From: an uncultured delta proteobacterium | Lineage (GTDB): Bacteria; Myxococcota; UBA727; VGSZ01 | NCBI GenBank assembly: GCA_963775425.1 | Contig: CAVZJB010000011.1 | Coordinates: 288,001-352,000 of the forward strand | DNA length: 64,000 nt | Direction of reading: 5' to 3' | Shown: piece by piece, positions 18,801-28,327 of the stretch | Numbering within the stretch: the stretch's first letter is position 1 | Layout of the letters: each line of letters opens with the position of its first letter | Made by a program: the position numbers and the translations under genes | Notes under the pieces: model-generated | Databases searched by the model: none | What the model was told of the DNA's origin: nothing | The model's input: the letters and a program-made list of their open reading frames with translations, nothing else

Positions 18801-20475
18801 TCACCACGATGGGCTTCTTGAGCGAGACGGCGCCGCCGGCGGCGCGGGCCGTGAGGCCGTCGACGAGCACCTGCGTCGCGCTGGCCGCCACGTGGGCCGT
18901 GAGAGCGCCCACGGGCACGCCGTAGGCGTCGCCGCGCGCGGCGGTGCCGCGGCCGTCGACGACGACGCTGTGGTAGGGACCGTTCACCGTGCCTTCGAAG
19001 CGCGCGCCGTCGGCGTGGATGTCGGCCGGCACCGCGGGCACGAGGGCCGTGGCGTCGTCTGCGCCGGCGGTGACGTCGAGCGCCAGCCGCTGTTCCTCGG
19101 TGAAGACGTCGCCGTGGACCGTGGCGTCGAGCCGGTCGCCCCGGAGCGTGGCGGACTCGATGGAGACGCGCTTGGGCCGCACCACCACGCGCGCCCGCGC
19201 GTCGACGTTGCCGCGCATCTTGACGGCCGAGATCTCCGCGCGCCGCGCCGTCGCCGACGCGTCGACGGTGATCGGCTTTTCGCCGTCGGCGACGCCGGTG
19301 AGCGTCGCCCGCCCGCTGATCACGCCCTTGGGCGCCGGGTCGAGCTTGGCCGGCTCGAGCGCGCGCGCGACGGGGACGTCGGTGGCCTTGACGCTCAGGT
19401 TCATCTCGAGCCCCGGCAGCTTGACCGTGCCGGCCGCGGCGACGACGCCGCCGGCCTTCAGCCACGTCCCGTCTTCGATGTGCACCACGTCCTTGGTGAC
19501 GTCGATGACGCCGCGGCCCGCGTCCACGTCGTAGCCGTAAGCCTCCGCGTGGGCGAAGGTGCCGTCGGCGTGGACGCGCGGATCCGAAAACGGACCCGTG
19601 ACGTCGACGGAGGCGTGCACCGGGGGCGTATCGAAGGGAAGGCGCTTGAGCCGCTCCGGCCACGCGTTCTTGGGCGCGTCGACGGTGCCGCGCAGGTCGA
19701 GCGACCCCGGGTCCGCGAACCATAGCTTGCCGTGCGCCGTGACCTTGGCGCCCGCGGCGCGCGCCGTGGCCGCGGTGATCTCGAGGCCGTTCTTCACCAC
19801 GCGCACGCCCGCCGCCCTCACGTCGACGAGCGGCACGTCGAGCTGCTTGAGCCGCACCGCGCCCTTCTTGATGGTCGGACGCTTGACGTCGACGACGACG
19901 AGGTCGTGCGCGAGGTCGATCTCGAGCGACGCGGTGGCGTCGATGGTGTCGGCGGTGACGGTGACGTTCTCTTCGTCGGTGAACGTGAAGCCGCCGTTGC
20001 GCGCGATGATGGCGTCGATGCGGAAGGCGGCCTTCTGCGGCTTGTTCTTGTCAGGCGGCTTTTTGGGGGTGAGGGCCTCGATGAGGTTGAGCTTCTTGTC
20101 GTGCAGCCGCAGCGAGAGCAGCGGTTGCGCCAGCTCGATGCGCGAGATGACGATGTCGCCGGCGAGGAGCGACGTCAGCGACAGCGTGGCGGAGGCGCGC
20201 CGCACCCGGGCGACCTCGGCCCCCGACGGGTCGGTGAGCAGCGCGTCCTCGAGGACCACGCTGCTCGGCGCCTGGTAGTCGACGACGCGGGCACGGATGT
20301 GCCCCTTGAGCTTGTCGTTGACGATGCGGAGGAACAGCTCCGGCACGCGATCGTCGAGGCCGGCGAGCCGGACGCCGAGCCCGTCGTGGTCCGGACCGCT
20401 TCGCTGCGCGCCCGCCGGCGGCAAGAGCGCGGCGCAAGCGGCGGCGAGGACGACGGGCAGCTTCACCGGGCACAT
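15862..20475 (-). CDS. tamB: TamB/AsmA-like translocation and assembly module protein (~1537 aa)
   Basis: N-terminal hydrophobic segment; long beta-rich repeats; C-terminal DUF490-like region (PRLKGRVEVTEG, GDLQLKNTLRVPRLDGAVEVEEG); coupled to an Omp85 gene. Start 20475 or 20466. Confidence 0.8.
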   Translation of the reverse strand: MCPVKLPVVLAAACAALLPPAGAQRSGPDHDGLGVRLAGLDDRVPELFLRIVNDKLKGHIRARVVDYQAPSSVVLEDALLTDPSGAEVARVRRASATLSLTSLLAGDIVISRIELAQPLLSLRLHDKKLNLIEALTPKKPPDKNKPQKAAFRIDAIIARNGGFTFTDEENVTVTADTIDATASLEIDLAHDLVVVDVKRPTIKKGAVRLKQLDVPLVDVRAAGVRVVKNGLEITAATARAAGAKVTAHGKLWFADPGSLDLRGTVDAPKNAWPERLKRLPFDTPPVHASVDVTGPFSDPRVHADGTFAHAEAYGYDVDAGRGVIDVTKDVVHIEDGTWLKAGGVVAAAGTVKLPGLEMNLSVKATDVPVARALEPAKLDPAPKGVISGRATLTGVADGEKPITVDASATARRAEISAVKMRGNVDARARVVVRPKRVSIESATLRGDRLDATVHGDVFTEEQRLALDVTAGADDATALVPAVPADIHADGARFEGTVNGPYHSVVVDGRGTAARGDAYGVPVGALTAHVAASATQVLVDGLTARAAGGAVSLKKPIVVKLKDRRALAGTVRVARADLARIALGAGRTSADGEPSLLAGVADVEAVLGGTVDNPVVALRAAAGGLEVSGEDLGAATARATVSKNLLQVTYADVRGGVVRAHTDDVRLTLPDLVIEGHAHVESLALAGIQAARKARFGGTAQGLVIISGDAKEPEVVARLGATDVSVGDQQLGAGAVDVTYRPEAAGAAGAPRGKATPGGAPRSHVATLAAHLEGSRGAWDVVSSYAVERRIVNAHAEMQNVDLSPFTTQLGKAVSPLEGFATGAVDVSGPLEALDMRLHLRSPEVAVARASPGSTETQGPAPAVMRPLGPLLVDARMDGGSLNARICAFTPEPATPAKAPAPTSAAPSTPPPPLGAPAGEAESPCTAGERVWATIVGDVDGLHGTFDLAVVGQVEEPRLEDLLPALAARDLSVGAKARADAQIVKAEGKPVDIRAEATLLEASVQPPGSLRADLAGTSEVLYADRRVKLVTPARFASPSGDVDVVVAGSVGIEDIDLNVKGSVGLGIAKAFTPQIANASGTAQTSLVVRGRYDKGISVEGTFTPNSGAVVTPRALGEVITFTGGSVAFAPLADNADGLIRVNAKGLKARVGDGDLTLNGLADVRTARQSDRGYVAHWDLVASGSNLVFKLPTGRAEGALDLTLEGDEAAPRLKGRVEVTEGLYRKTFELRNFILQAPPDKASDPLYVTLTPLGLENLELDVGLSLQGFRVRANMANFDADLTLRGDLQLKNTLRVPRLDGAVEVEEGTVDFPRARFEVVEMQIEFPTAVDGKLNPLVHATARTEIPPGAAGTNDTEIPVDLFLDGDLKKGITLDLSATDPQREWTRSELLGFILFGRTIEDTVQNRDVNIALRALTSEATAPVTAELEQLAQQTFGGEVNLDIGGWRWQLGRRLQLEGPGLIVNQQGAQGLTYVNTAATTATSGTATTLNAASTTDQGVRLRLLIYDHLPIGKNLSLEGSTGGPSGGDLRLSLRLFEE

Positions 20476-20581
20476 CGTTATGCTCGGAGTCCCCCGGCGG
20501 CAAGTTGCCGGCCGCCGCAGTAGGGTCCGGAATCCGCCGTCGGCGCGACCGGTTGTCGCCGTCGGCCCGAGGGAGGTCTCG

Positions 20582-21652
20582 ATGCGCGTGGGTCTTGTGT
20601 TCGGCGGGCGAAGCGTGGAGCACGTCGTCAGCGTGCGTTCGGCGCGCACGGTGCGCGAGGGGCTCGTCGCCGCGGGGCACGACGTCGTCGCGCTCGGCAT
20701 CGCGGAGAGCGGCGCGTGGCTCGACCCCGCGGTGTGCGCCGGAGTGCTCGAGGGCAGCGACAAGGCGTTGCCGGCGTCGTCGGAGGGCGTGCGCGCGTCG
20801 CTGCGCCACCTGTGCGAGGCGGACGTCGACGTCGCCTTCCCCATCGTCCACGGCACGTACGGTGAAGACGGCACGCTCCAGGGGCTGTTCGAGATGCTCG
20901 ACCTCCCCTACGTCGGCTGCGGCGTGCTCGCCAGCGCGGTGGCCATGGACAAGCTGCAGAGCAAGCGGCTGTTCGAGGCGGCGGGATTGCCGGTGGTGCC
21001 GTGGGTGGCGGCGGGGCGCGCGGGCTTCGACAACAGCCCCCTGTCGTCGTTGGCCGGCACGGAGACGATGCCGCTGCCGCTGTTCGTGAAGCCGTCGGTG
21101 GGTGGCTCTTCGGTGGGCTGCAAGAAGGTGAAGGACCGGGCTGAGCTCGTCGACGCCGTGCGCTTCGCGCTGAAGTTCGACGACACGGTCCTGGTGGAGC
21201 AGGGGCTCACGGCGCGCGAGATCGAGGTGGCGGTGCTCGGCGCGCCCGGGGCCATGCGCGCGTCGGCCATCGGGGAGATCGTGCCCGGCAACGACTTCTA
21301 CGACTACGAGGACAAGTACCTGAAGGACGACGCCAAGCTGCTGGCGCCCGCTCCCCTCGACGACGCCCTCGCCGCCGAGGTCAAGCGCGTGGCCGCGGCC
21401 GCCATGGAGGCCGTCGGCGGCGCGGGCCTCGCGCGCGTGGATTTCTTCGTCGACGGCGAGCGCCTCTACCTGAACGAGATCAACACGCTGCCGGGCTTCA
21501 CGTCGGTGTCGATGTACCCTCGCCTGTGGGGGCTGGCGGGCGTCCCCTTGCCCGAGCTCGTCGACACGCTGGTGAGGCTCGGCGTCGAGCGGCACAGGAG
21601 CAAGGCTCGCCTCGACGAGAGCCTGCGGGACTTCATCGCCTCGCTCGTCTGA
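20582..21652 (+). CDS. ddl: D-alanine--D-alanine ligase
   Basis: GGRSVEHVVS, HGTYGEDGTLQG, AMDK, FVKPSVGGSSVG, FYDYEDKY, NEINTLPGFT; RBS GGGAGG. Confidence 0.95.
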   Translation: MRVGLVFGGRSVEHVVSVRSARTVREGLVAAGHDVVALGIAESGAWLDPAVCAGVLEGSDKALPASSEGVRASLRHLCEADVDVAFPIVHGTYGEDGTLQGLFEMLDLPYVGCGVLASAVAMDKLQSKRLFEAAGLPVVPWVAAGRAGFDNSPLSSLAGTETMPLPLFVKPSVGGSSVGCKKVKDRAELVDAVRFALKFDDTVLVEQGLTAREIEVAVLGAPGAMRASAIGEIVPGNDFYDYEDKYLKDDAKLLAPAPLDDALAAEVKRVAAAAMEAVGGAGLARVDFFVDGERLYLNEINTLPGFTSVSMYPRLWGLAGVPLPELVDTLVRLGVERHRSKARLDESLRDFIASLV

Positions 21653-21670
21653 CCCGGCCGCGAACCTTGG

Positions 21671-23395
21671 TTACTCGGGGAGGGTGACGTGCCAGCGCTC
21701 CGCCTCGGCCACGCGGCGGGCGGTCTCGTCCTTTTCGCCGAGCGTGCGCACGATGCCGACGGCGAGCTGGTGCGCGAGGGGGTTGCCGGGGTCGACGGCG
21801 AGCGCGGCGTCGAGGTCGCGCAGCGCGGCGTTGAGCTTGCCCTCGTGGCTCAACACGCGCGCGTGCAGCACGAGCGCCACGCTCGCGGGGTGCGCGCGGG
21901 CGACGACGGGATCGAGCGCGCCGTGCGCGAGGGCGAGGGCCTCGGGGCAGCCGTCGGCCTGCACGCAGTTGTCGAGGACGTCGAGCGCCTGCTGGCCGAT
22001 CTTGAGCCGCGGCTCGACGTCGAACGGCACGGCCGCGGCATAGCTGCGCAGCGGCCCCGGGTCGTCGCCACCGAGCGCGGCGTCGCGGAAGAACAGCACG
22101 CCGGTGAGGACCGCGGTGAGCACCACGAACGCGCCCGTCACCCGACGCTGCAACGCGCCCGCCGGCGCCGGCGGCTCCGTCGCCAGCACGAGCCCCCACA
22201 TGACGCCGGCGATCGACGCGGTCTGCGCGACGTGACCGTCGTAGTCGATGCACAGCCGCACCGCGTACGCGGCGGCGCCGCCGGCGAGGACCATGTCGGC
22301 GACGCCGAGGCTGTCGCGCCGCTTCCACAGCGCGCGAGCGCAGACGACGAGGGCGCCCACGACGAGCAGCGCGCCGACGACGCCGCCCTCGGCCAGGTAC
22401 TCGAGCGGCGTGGAGTGCGCGTAGCGCGTGAGGTTCGCGTCGGGCGTGCGCGTCGCCAGGTAGGCGGCGGGGAAGCGCATGAAGCCCACGCCGAGGAGCG
22501 GGTGCTCCGCCGCGATGGTCAACGCCGCGCGCCAGTTGTCGACGCGCTCGCCGGCGGAGTGGGCGAGCGCGTCGCCTCCGCGAACGGCGAAGGCGACAGC
22601 GGCGGCGGCGCCGGCGACGACGACGCCGGTGCCCGCGAGCAACAAGCCCTGCTTGAGCGAGCGCCGCAGGGCGAACGCGACGGCGCACACGGCGATGCCG
22701 ACGACGAACGCGAGCGCGGTGCCGAAGGAGCGCACGGCGACGACGCCCGACGCCGACACCGCGGCGATGCCGGCGAGCACCATGCGCTTGCGGCGCACGG
22801 TGGCCGGATCGGCTTCCGGAGCGAGCGGCCGCGCCGGATCGGGCTCGGCGCCGTCGACGCGCGCCGCGGGGGCCTCGAGCGCCAACGCGAACGCGGCGAA
22901 CGCGCCCGCGAGGCAGAGGCCGCCGCACAGATCCGGCGAGAGCGACAAGCCGAGCGGCCGCGCGGCGCGCAGGGTGGCGATCACCTGCTCGTCGAGGCCG
23001 AGCTCCTGCGCGCGCGCGAGCTTCTCCGGCCAGTCGATCGCCTTCTGCCACGCCGCCGCCACCGCGTTGAGCGCGCCGCCGGCGCTCACGCCCCACAACA
23101 GCGCCGTGCGGCAGCTCCCCGTCGACGCCAGCAGGAAGAACGCGGCCGGGCCGAGGGCGGCGGGCAGCGCGATGAAAGACACCCACGGGTCCCACGACGT
23201 CGGCACCGACAGGATGGCGCCGCCGGTGACGAGCGCCGCCGCCACGAGCGCGTGGCGAGGTGCCCCCGCCACCAACGCCAAAGCCAGCGCCGCGAGGCAC
23301 ACGTGCGCGTCGACGAGCGACGGCGCGTGCGCCGTGAGCCCCATGCGCACGACGACGAGCCCGGCGCAGGCGAGGAGAAAAGCGCGCCCCGTCAA
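21671..23395 (-). CDS. O-antigen ligase (Wzy_C)-like membrane protein with C-terminal TPR-like region
   Basis: TTG start overlapping upstream stop; many TM segments; RVDNWRAAL..AEHPLLGVG and AHSTPLEYLAEGGVVG motifs; C-terminal ALAVDPGNPLAH helices. Confidence 0.7.
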   Translation of the reverse strand: MTGRAFLLACAGLVVVRMGLTAHAPSLVDAHVCLAALALALVAGAPRHALVAAALVTGGAILSVPTSWDPWVSFIALPAALGPAAFFLLASTGSCRTALLWGVSAGGALNAVAAAWQKAIDWPEKLARAQELGLDEQVIATLRAARPLGLSLSPDLCGGLCLAGAFAAFALALEAPAARVDGAEPDPARPLAPEADPATVRRKRMVLAGIAAVSASGVVAVRSFGTALAFVVGIAVCAVAFALRRSLKQGLLLAGTGVVVAGAAAAVAFAVRGGDALAHSAGERVDNWRAALTIAAEHPLLGVGFMRFPAAYLATRTPDANLTRYAHSTPLEYLAEGGVVGALLVVGALVVCARALWKRRDSLGVADMVLAGGAAAYAVRLCIDYDGHVAQTASIAGVMWGLVLATEPPAPAGALQRRVTGAFVVLTAVLTGVLFFRDAALGGDDPGPLRSYAAAVPFDVEPRLKIGQQALDVLDNCVQADGCPEALALAHGALDPVVARAHPASVALVLHARVLSHEGKLNAALRDLDAALAVDPGNPLAHQLAVGIVRTLGEKDETARRVAEAERWHVTLPE

Positions 23396-24348
23396 CGCCC
23401 GCCCACGATGGACACGCAGTGATCGATGGTGCCGGCGCGCGTGACGTGCACGCGCACCGCCAGCGCGCTCGTGAGGGGGATGGGCACCTCGAGCGCGTCG
23501 CGCGGCTTGGGCGTGTGCCAGCGCGCCATCGCGCGGCAGAGGCAGGACAGGGCCTTGCCCTCGTCGTCGACGCGCAAGGCCGCCGACACGTACTTGTCGA
23601 CGCAGCGCTTGAGATCGATGGCGCGAGACGCGGCGTAGTCCTTGACGGCGCCGGCGTCGGTGGCGGCGAGCGCGGCGGGATCGGTGTTGTCCTTGAGGGC
23701 CGTGGGCGTGGGCCGCGCTTCGAGCTTGCTCTCGTCGAGGAAGCACGCGTGGGAGGTGAGCAGCTCCTGGACGGCGCCGCGCTCGTCGGCGCCGGCGTCG
23801 GCGCCGCGCGCGAGCTCGACGGTGCGTGCGGCGGCGGTGCACGCGGCGCTCTTCATGGCCGGCGCGCGCGCACGCACACCGGCCGAGCGCGCGTTCCTCA
23901 CGTCGTCGTACAAGGCCATGAGGCCTCTCGACAGCGCGCGGTGGGTCTCGAAGCGCGCGCGCCCGAGGCCCGGCACGGGCGACAGCGGCTTCCACGACGA
24001 GACGCTCTGTGCCACGCGCGCCACGTCGGCGAACGCGTCGGCGCGCGCGTCGACGGCGGCCTTGGCGTCGGCGTCGCCGGCCGCGTCGAGCGTGCGCTTG
24101 CGGGCGAGCGCGACGTCGACGAGCGCGCGGCACTCGACGCCGCGCAGACCCGAGACGCGCAGCGCGTCCTTGCAGCGGTCGGTGGCGCCGGCGGCGGCGA
24201 GCGCGGCGTCGACGTCGACGCGCGGCGCGCGCCGGGCCGCCCGGACCAGGCGCGCCGGCTCGTCGAGGGCGCGCCCGGCGAGCGCCCCGGAGGCCGGCAG
24301 GATCAGCAGGCCGACGAGCGCCACGAGGCGCTCCGCGGAGGGTCGCAT
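23392..24348 (-). CDS. Hypothetical secreted protein with paired Cys
   Basis: Signal-like N-terminus, Ala-rich helical body, coupled to the downstream gene by a 4-nt overlap. Confidence 0.6.
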   Translation of the reverse strand: MRPSAERLVALVGLLILPASGALAGRALDEPARLVRAARRAPRVDVDAALAAAGATDRCKDALRVSGLRGVECRALVDVALARKRTLDAAGDADAKAAVDARADAFADVARVAQSVSSWKPLSPVPGLGRARFETHRALSRGLMALYDDVRNARSAGVRARAPAMKSAACTAAARTVELARGADAGADERGAVQELLTSHACFLDESKLEARPTPTALKDNTDPAALAATDAGAVKDYAASRAIDLKRCVDKYVSAALRVDDEGKALSCLCRAMARWHTPKPRDALEVPIPLTSALAVRVHVTRAGTIDHCVSIVGGR

Positions 24349-24434
24349 GCGAGCACTCTACAGCGTCGGGGACGGACAGGGCGCAATCGCCCCGGTGTGA
24401 CGCGCCCGGAGCGGATCCACATCCGGCGCCGAGC

Positions 24435-24463
24435 TTGACCCCCCGGGGGGTGCCACTTATTGT
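24435..24463 (+). promoter_or_regulatory. Sigma70-type promoter candidate for the sgmX-like gene
   Basis: TTGACC (24435-24440), 17 nt, TATTGT (24458-24463); perfect palindrome ACCCCCCGGGGGGT at 24438-24451. Confidence 0.6.
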
Positions 24464-24522
24464 CACTTTGCCTGCCGCGACGACGAATCCTCGTCGTCGA
24501 CGCGGGCTTTTGGGAGCTTCGT

Positions 24523-27500
24523 TTGGCGATCAACCGCGACAAGGTCGAGGCAACCGCCATCAAGCTCTTGCAGCAAGGCAAGTACGACAAGGCGATCGTC
24601 GAGTTCAAGAAGCTCGTCGACGATGACAAGACCGACGTCCGCAACCTGCTCAAGCTGGGCGAGACGTACGTGAAGGTGGGGGCGCGCAAGGAGTCCATCG
24701 ACGCGTACGAGAAGGCCGCCGCCATCTACACGGAGCAGGGCTTCTATTTGAAGGCCGTCGCGGTCTTCAAGCAGATCCTCCGCGTCGACGCCAACGTCCC
24801 CGAGCTGCACCTCAAGCTCGCCGAGCTCTACCAGCAGCTCGGCCTCACGTCGGACGCGCTGGCGCACTACCAGACCGTCGCCGTGTTCTACGAGCAAGGC
24901 GGCCGTCCTCGCGACGCCCTCGACATGCTCAAGCGCATGGTCGACCTCGACCCGGACAACATCGCTTCGCGCATCAAGCTCGGCGAGCTGTTCGCGCAGC
25001 AGGGTCTCGCCGAAGAGGCGTCGCAGGAGATGCGCAGCGCGCTCAACTTCCTGAAGCAGCAGCAGCGCTTCGACGACTACGTGCGCGTCGGCGAGCGGCT
25101 CGTCGCCTACGACGCCGGCGCGCTCGACGTCGCGCAGGACCTCGCGCGCATCTACATGCAGCGCGAGCAGCCGAGCGTGGCGCTCGGCAAGCTGCAGATG
25201 TGCTTCAAGGCCGACCCGCGCAACGTCGAGGTGCTCGCGATGATCGCGCAGGCCTTCCTCGACATGCAGCAGGTGCCGAAGACCATCTCCGTGTTCAAGG
25301 AGATGGCCAAGATCTACTCGGCCGACGGCAACGTCGAGCTCGCCACGCGCACCTGGGAGCGCGTGATCGAGCTGCACCCCGGCGACGCGGAGGCGGAGCA
25401 GGCGCTCGGTCGCAACGGCCCGCAGACCACGGCGCCGGCCTACGGGCGCCCCACGCTCGTGCCCACGGTGGTGGCGCCCGCGCAGGCGCAAGCGCCCATC
25501 GCCGCGCAGCCGAACAGCGCGCCGCAGCCGCGCGTCAGCGCCGAGGACGAGCAACTGCAGCGCCTGCTCACCGAGACCGACGTCTACGTGAAGTACGGGC
25601 TCAAGGAGAAGGCGATCGAGCACATCCAGAAGGTGTTCGCCGTCCGGCCCGACCACATCCCCGCGCTCGAGAAGCTGAAGGACCTCCAGCAGCAGGTCGG
25701 CGGGCGCGACCTCGCCGCCACGTTGAAGCGCCTCGTCGACGCGGCGGAGAAGCAGGGGCACGCGCGCGTCGAGGAGTGGCGTCGTGAGCTCTCTCGCGCG
25801 GGCGCGCCGGCGCGGCCCCTCACGCAGCCGTCGCTCATCATCCCCGTCAGCCAGTCGGCGGCGCCGTCGTCGGGCGAGGGCGACATCGTCATCACCGACG
25901 ACTCGCAGCAGAGCCAGCTCGCCGACGAGCCGTTTCTGCAGAGCGAGTCGGGCGTCATCCGCCTCGACGACAACGCCTCCGGCATCATCGCCCTCGACCC
26001 CTCCGCGCTCGACGAGCCGTTCCTCGACGGCGACGGCTCCATGATGGACGACATGTCCGGCACCGCGGCGCTGCCGCCCGACGAGCCCGACGGCTTCGAC
26101 GCGCCGCGCGAGATCCCGCGCATGCCCACCGGGGTGTTGCGCGCGCCCGAGCCGCTGCGTCCGCCGCCGATGGGCGCGCCGCCGCCGATCGCCGCGTCGC
26201 CCGAGCCGCCGGTCCTGGCGCTCGACGACGTCGTTGACTTCAACGACGCCGACGCCCTCGTGCGCAAGGCGCTGCAGGACATCAGCGCCGAGGACGTCGC
26301 CGCCGCCGCCGACGAGCTCTTGCTCGAGGCGTCCCCCGACGACATCCTGCCGTCGTCGGGCGAGGGCGACGCCGTCGAGGGGCCGCAGTCGGGCGCGTTC
26401 GAGCTGTCCACGGGGCAGATGCCGGCGCTCCTCACCGACGCCGCCCCCGAGTCGCGCACGGTGCCCACGCGGAGCGGCATCTCCAACCCCGACGACGACG
26501 AGATCGATCGCCTCGCGCGCGAAGCCGTGGACGACGCCAACCGCAGCCTCGTCGCCGACGTCGCCGCCACCGCGCTCATGAGCCTGTCGCCGCAGGAGCA
26601 ACACGAGATCGACGAGCTCGAGGGCAGCTCCGGCTTCTCTTCGGGCGTGTCCCCCGTCGGCGCCACGGTGGTGCGTGCGTCCGCGGCGGCGTCGCTGGAG
26701 CCGCCGGCGCTGCCGCCCGAGATGCGCGACGACGACGACAGCGCGGGCTTCGACGAGCCCACGCTCGCGCTCCTCCCGCCGGCGCCGTCGAGCGACGTGC
26801 CCACCGACGAGCGCCCGCGCAAGGCCGCCGCCGCGCGTCCGGCGCCGAGCCTCCTCACCAACAGCCCCTCCTCCGACGACGACGACGACAACGTGCCCAC
26901 GCTCTCCGGGGCGAAGCAGCGTCCCGACCTCAAGCCGAGGAGCGCGAGCGACCTGAGCTTCCCGGACATCGGCGCCGCCGCCGGGGGCGCCGCCGACGCC
27001 GGGGGCGCGAGCGCCGTCGAACGCGAGCGGGGCGCGCCGCCGGCGCGCGCGACGGCGGCGCCTCCGCCGGAGCTCGCCGGCGACTTCTCCGAGGAGTTCG
27101 ACCCGTCGAGCTTCGACCTCCCCGACGACGTGAAGGAGCTGTTGCGCCGCGACGCCAGCGGGCCCACGCCGGCGGCGCCGGGCGCGGAGGAGCCCCTCGA
27201 GGCCATCGGCGAGCTCGAGGAGCTTCAGCCCGAGATCCCGTCGGCGGCGAGCCTGGGCCTCGAGGAGCTCCCGCCGGAGATGAGCTTCGACGCGTTCTCG
27301 GAGCCGTCCGGCGAGATCACGCTGCGCGGCAAGCTGGGCCTCGCCAACAAGGCCCACGGCTTCGAGGACGACCCGGCCAACCAGTTCTTCCCCGACGAGC
27401 TCGAGGAGGCCGAGTTCTTCATCCAGCAGGAGCTCCTCGACGAAGCGCGCGACATCCTGTCGGCCATCCTCGAGGACGTGCCGGACAGCGCGCGCGTCCA

Positions 27501-28263
27501 GTGGATGCTCGCGCGCGTGGTGGCCAAGGAGAACGGCGAGCCGGAGCCGCCGGCTCCGTGGGAGCAGCGCATCCTCGAGGAGGTGCAGGCGCAGCTCGAG
27601 GACCTCGGCATCTCGGAGGCCACCGGGCAGCGCGAGGCCGCCGAGCCCGCCCTCGGCGACGGCACCGCGCAGGTGTCGGTGGAAGAGGTGCTCAGCCAAT
27701 TCAAGAAGGGCGTGGCCGAGACCGTCCCCGAGGACGACGCCGCCACCCACTACGAGCTCGGCATCGCCTACAAGGAGATGGGCCTCCACGACGACGCCGT
27801 CACCGAGTTCAACATCGCCGCGCGCGCGTCCTCTCGCGCCGCCGACGCCCGCTTCATGATCGGCGTCGTGCGCCTCGACCAGGGACGGCGCGAAGACGCG
27901 CTGCAGGCCCTCGAGGAGGCGGTGGCGGTGCCCACCGCCACGCGCGACCAGCGCGGCGCGGCCGAGTACCAGCGCGGCGTCGTCCTCGAGGAGCTCGATC
28001 GCCTCGTCGAGGCGCTTCGCGCCTTCAAGGCCGCGAAGGCGCACGGCAGCGCGGCGGTGGATCTCGATCGGCGCATCCAGGAGCTCACGGCGAAGGTGGG
28101 GGGCGACGACGGCGGCGGCCCCGCGGCGCCCAACGGATCCCGCGGCGGCGGCGGCGGGAGCGGCGGCGGCAACAACGGCAGCAACAACCACGGCGCCAAC
28201 GGCCACGGAAAGCCGGGCGAGCGACCGCCGGGCCGCGGGCCCAAGAACATCGACTACGTATGA
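24523..28263 (+). CDS. sgmX: SgmX-like TPR protein (type IV pilus/motility polarity factor) (1246 aa)
   Basis: RBS GGGAG then TTG 24523; N-terminal TPR array (GFYLKAVAVFKQIL, KMVDLDPDN-like, KLQMCFKADP), LLTETDVYVKYG, acidic low-complexity middle, C-terminal TPRs (THYELGIAYKEMG) and KNIDYV tail; followed by an ExeA ATPase, as recalled for the Myxococcus locus. Confidence 0.75.
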   Translation: MAINRDKVEATAIKLLQQGKYDKAIVEFKKLVDDDKTDVRNLLKLGETYVKVGARKESIDAYEKAAAIYTEQGFYLKAVAVFKQILRVDANVPELHLKLAELYQQLGLTSDALAHYQTVAVFYEQGGRPRDALDMLKRMVDLDPDNIASRIKLGELFAQQGLAEEASQEMRSALNFLKQQQRFDDYVRVGERLVAYDAGALDVAQDLARIYMQREQPSVALGKLQMCFKADPRNVEVLAMIAQAFLDMQQVPKTISVFKEMAKIYSADGNVELATRTWERVIELHPGDAEAEQALGRNGPQTTAPAYGRPTLVPTVVAPAQAQAPIAAQPNSAPQPRVSAEDEQLQRLLTETDVYVKYGLKEKAIEHIQKVFAVRPDHIPALEKLKDLQQQVGGRDLAATLKRLVDAAEKQGHARVEEWRRELSRAGAPARPLTQPSLIIPVSQSAAPSSGEGDIVITDDSQQSQLADEPFLQSESGVIRLDDNASGIIALDPSALDEPFLDGDGSMMDDMSGTAALPPDEPDGFDAPREIPRMPTGVLRAPEPLRPPPMGAPPPIAASPEPPVLALDDVVDFNDADALVRKALQDISAEDVAAAADELLLEASPDDILPSSGEGDAVEGPQSGAFELSTGQMPALLTDAAPESRTVPTRSGISNPDDDEIDRLAREAVDDANRSLVADVAATALMSLSPQEQHEIDELEGSSGFSSGVSPVGATVVRASAAASLEPPALPPEMRDDDDSAGFDEPTLALLPPAPSSDVPTDERPRKAAAARPAPSLLTNSPSSDDDDDNVPTLSGAKQRPDLKPRSASDLSFPDIGAAAGGAADAGGASAVERERGAPPARATAAPPPELAGDFSEEFDPSSFDLPDDVKELLRRDASGPTPAAPGAEEPLEAIGELEELQPEIPSAASLGLEELPPEMSFDAFSEPSGEITLRGKLGLANKAHGFEDDPANQFFPDELEEAEFFIQQELLDEARDILSAILEDVPDSARVQWMLARVVAKENGEPEPPAPWEQRILEEVQAQLEDLGISEATGQREAAEPALGDGTAQVSVEEVLSQFKKGVAETVPEDDAATHYELGIAYKEMGLHDDAVTEFNIAARASSRAADARFMIGVVRLDQGRREDALQALEEAVAVPTATRDQRGAAEYQRGVVLEELDRLVEALRAFKAAKAHGSAAVDLDRRIQELTAKVGGDDGGGPAAPNGSRGGGGGSGGGNNGSNNHGANGHGKPGERPPGRGPKNIDYV

Positions 28264-28327
28264 TCCTCCCGCACGCCTTCCCTCACTTCGCTCGGTCAGA
28301 GTGCGCGCCTCCCTCCGGTCGGCCCCT

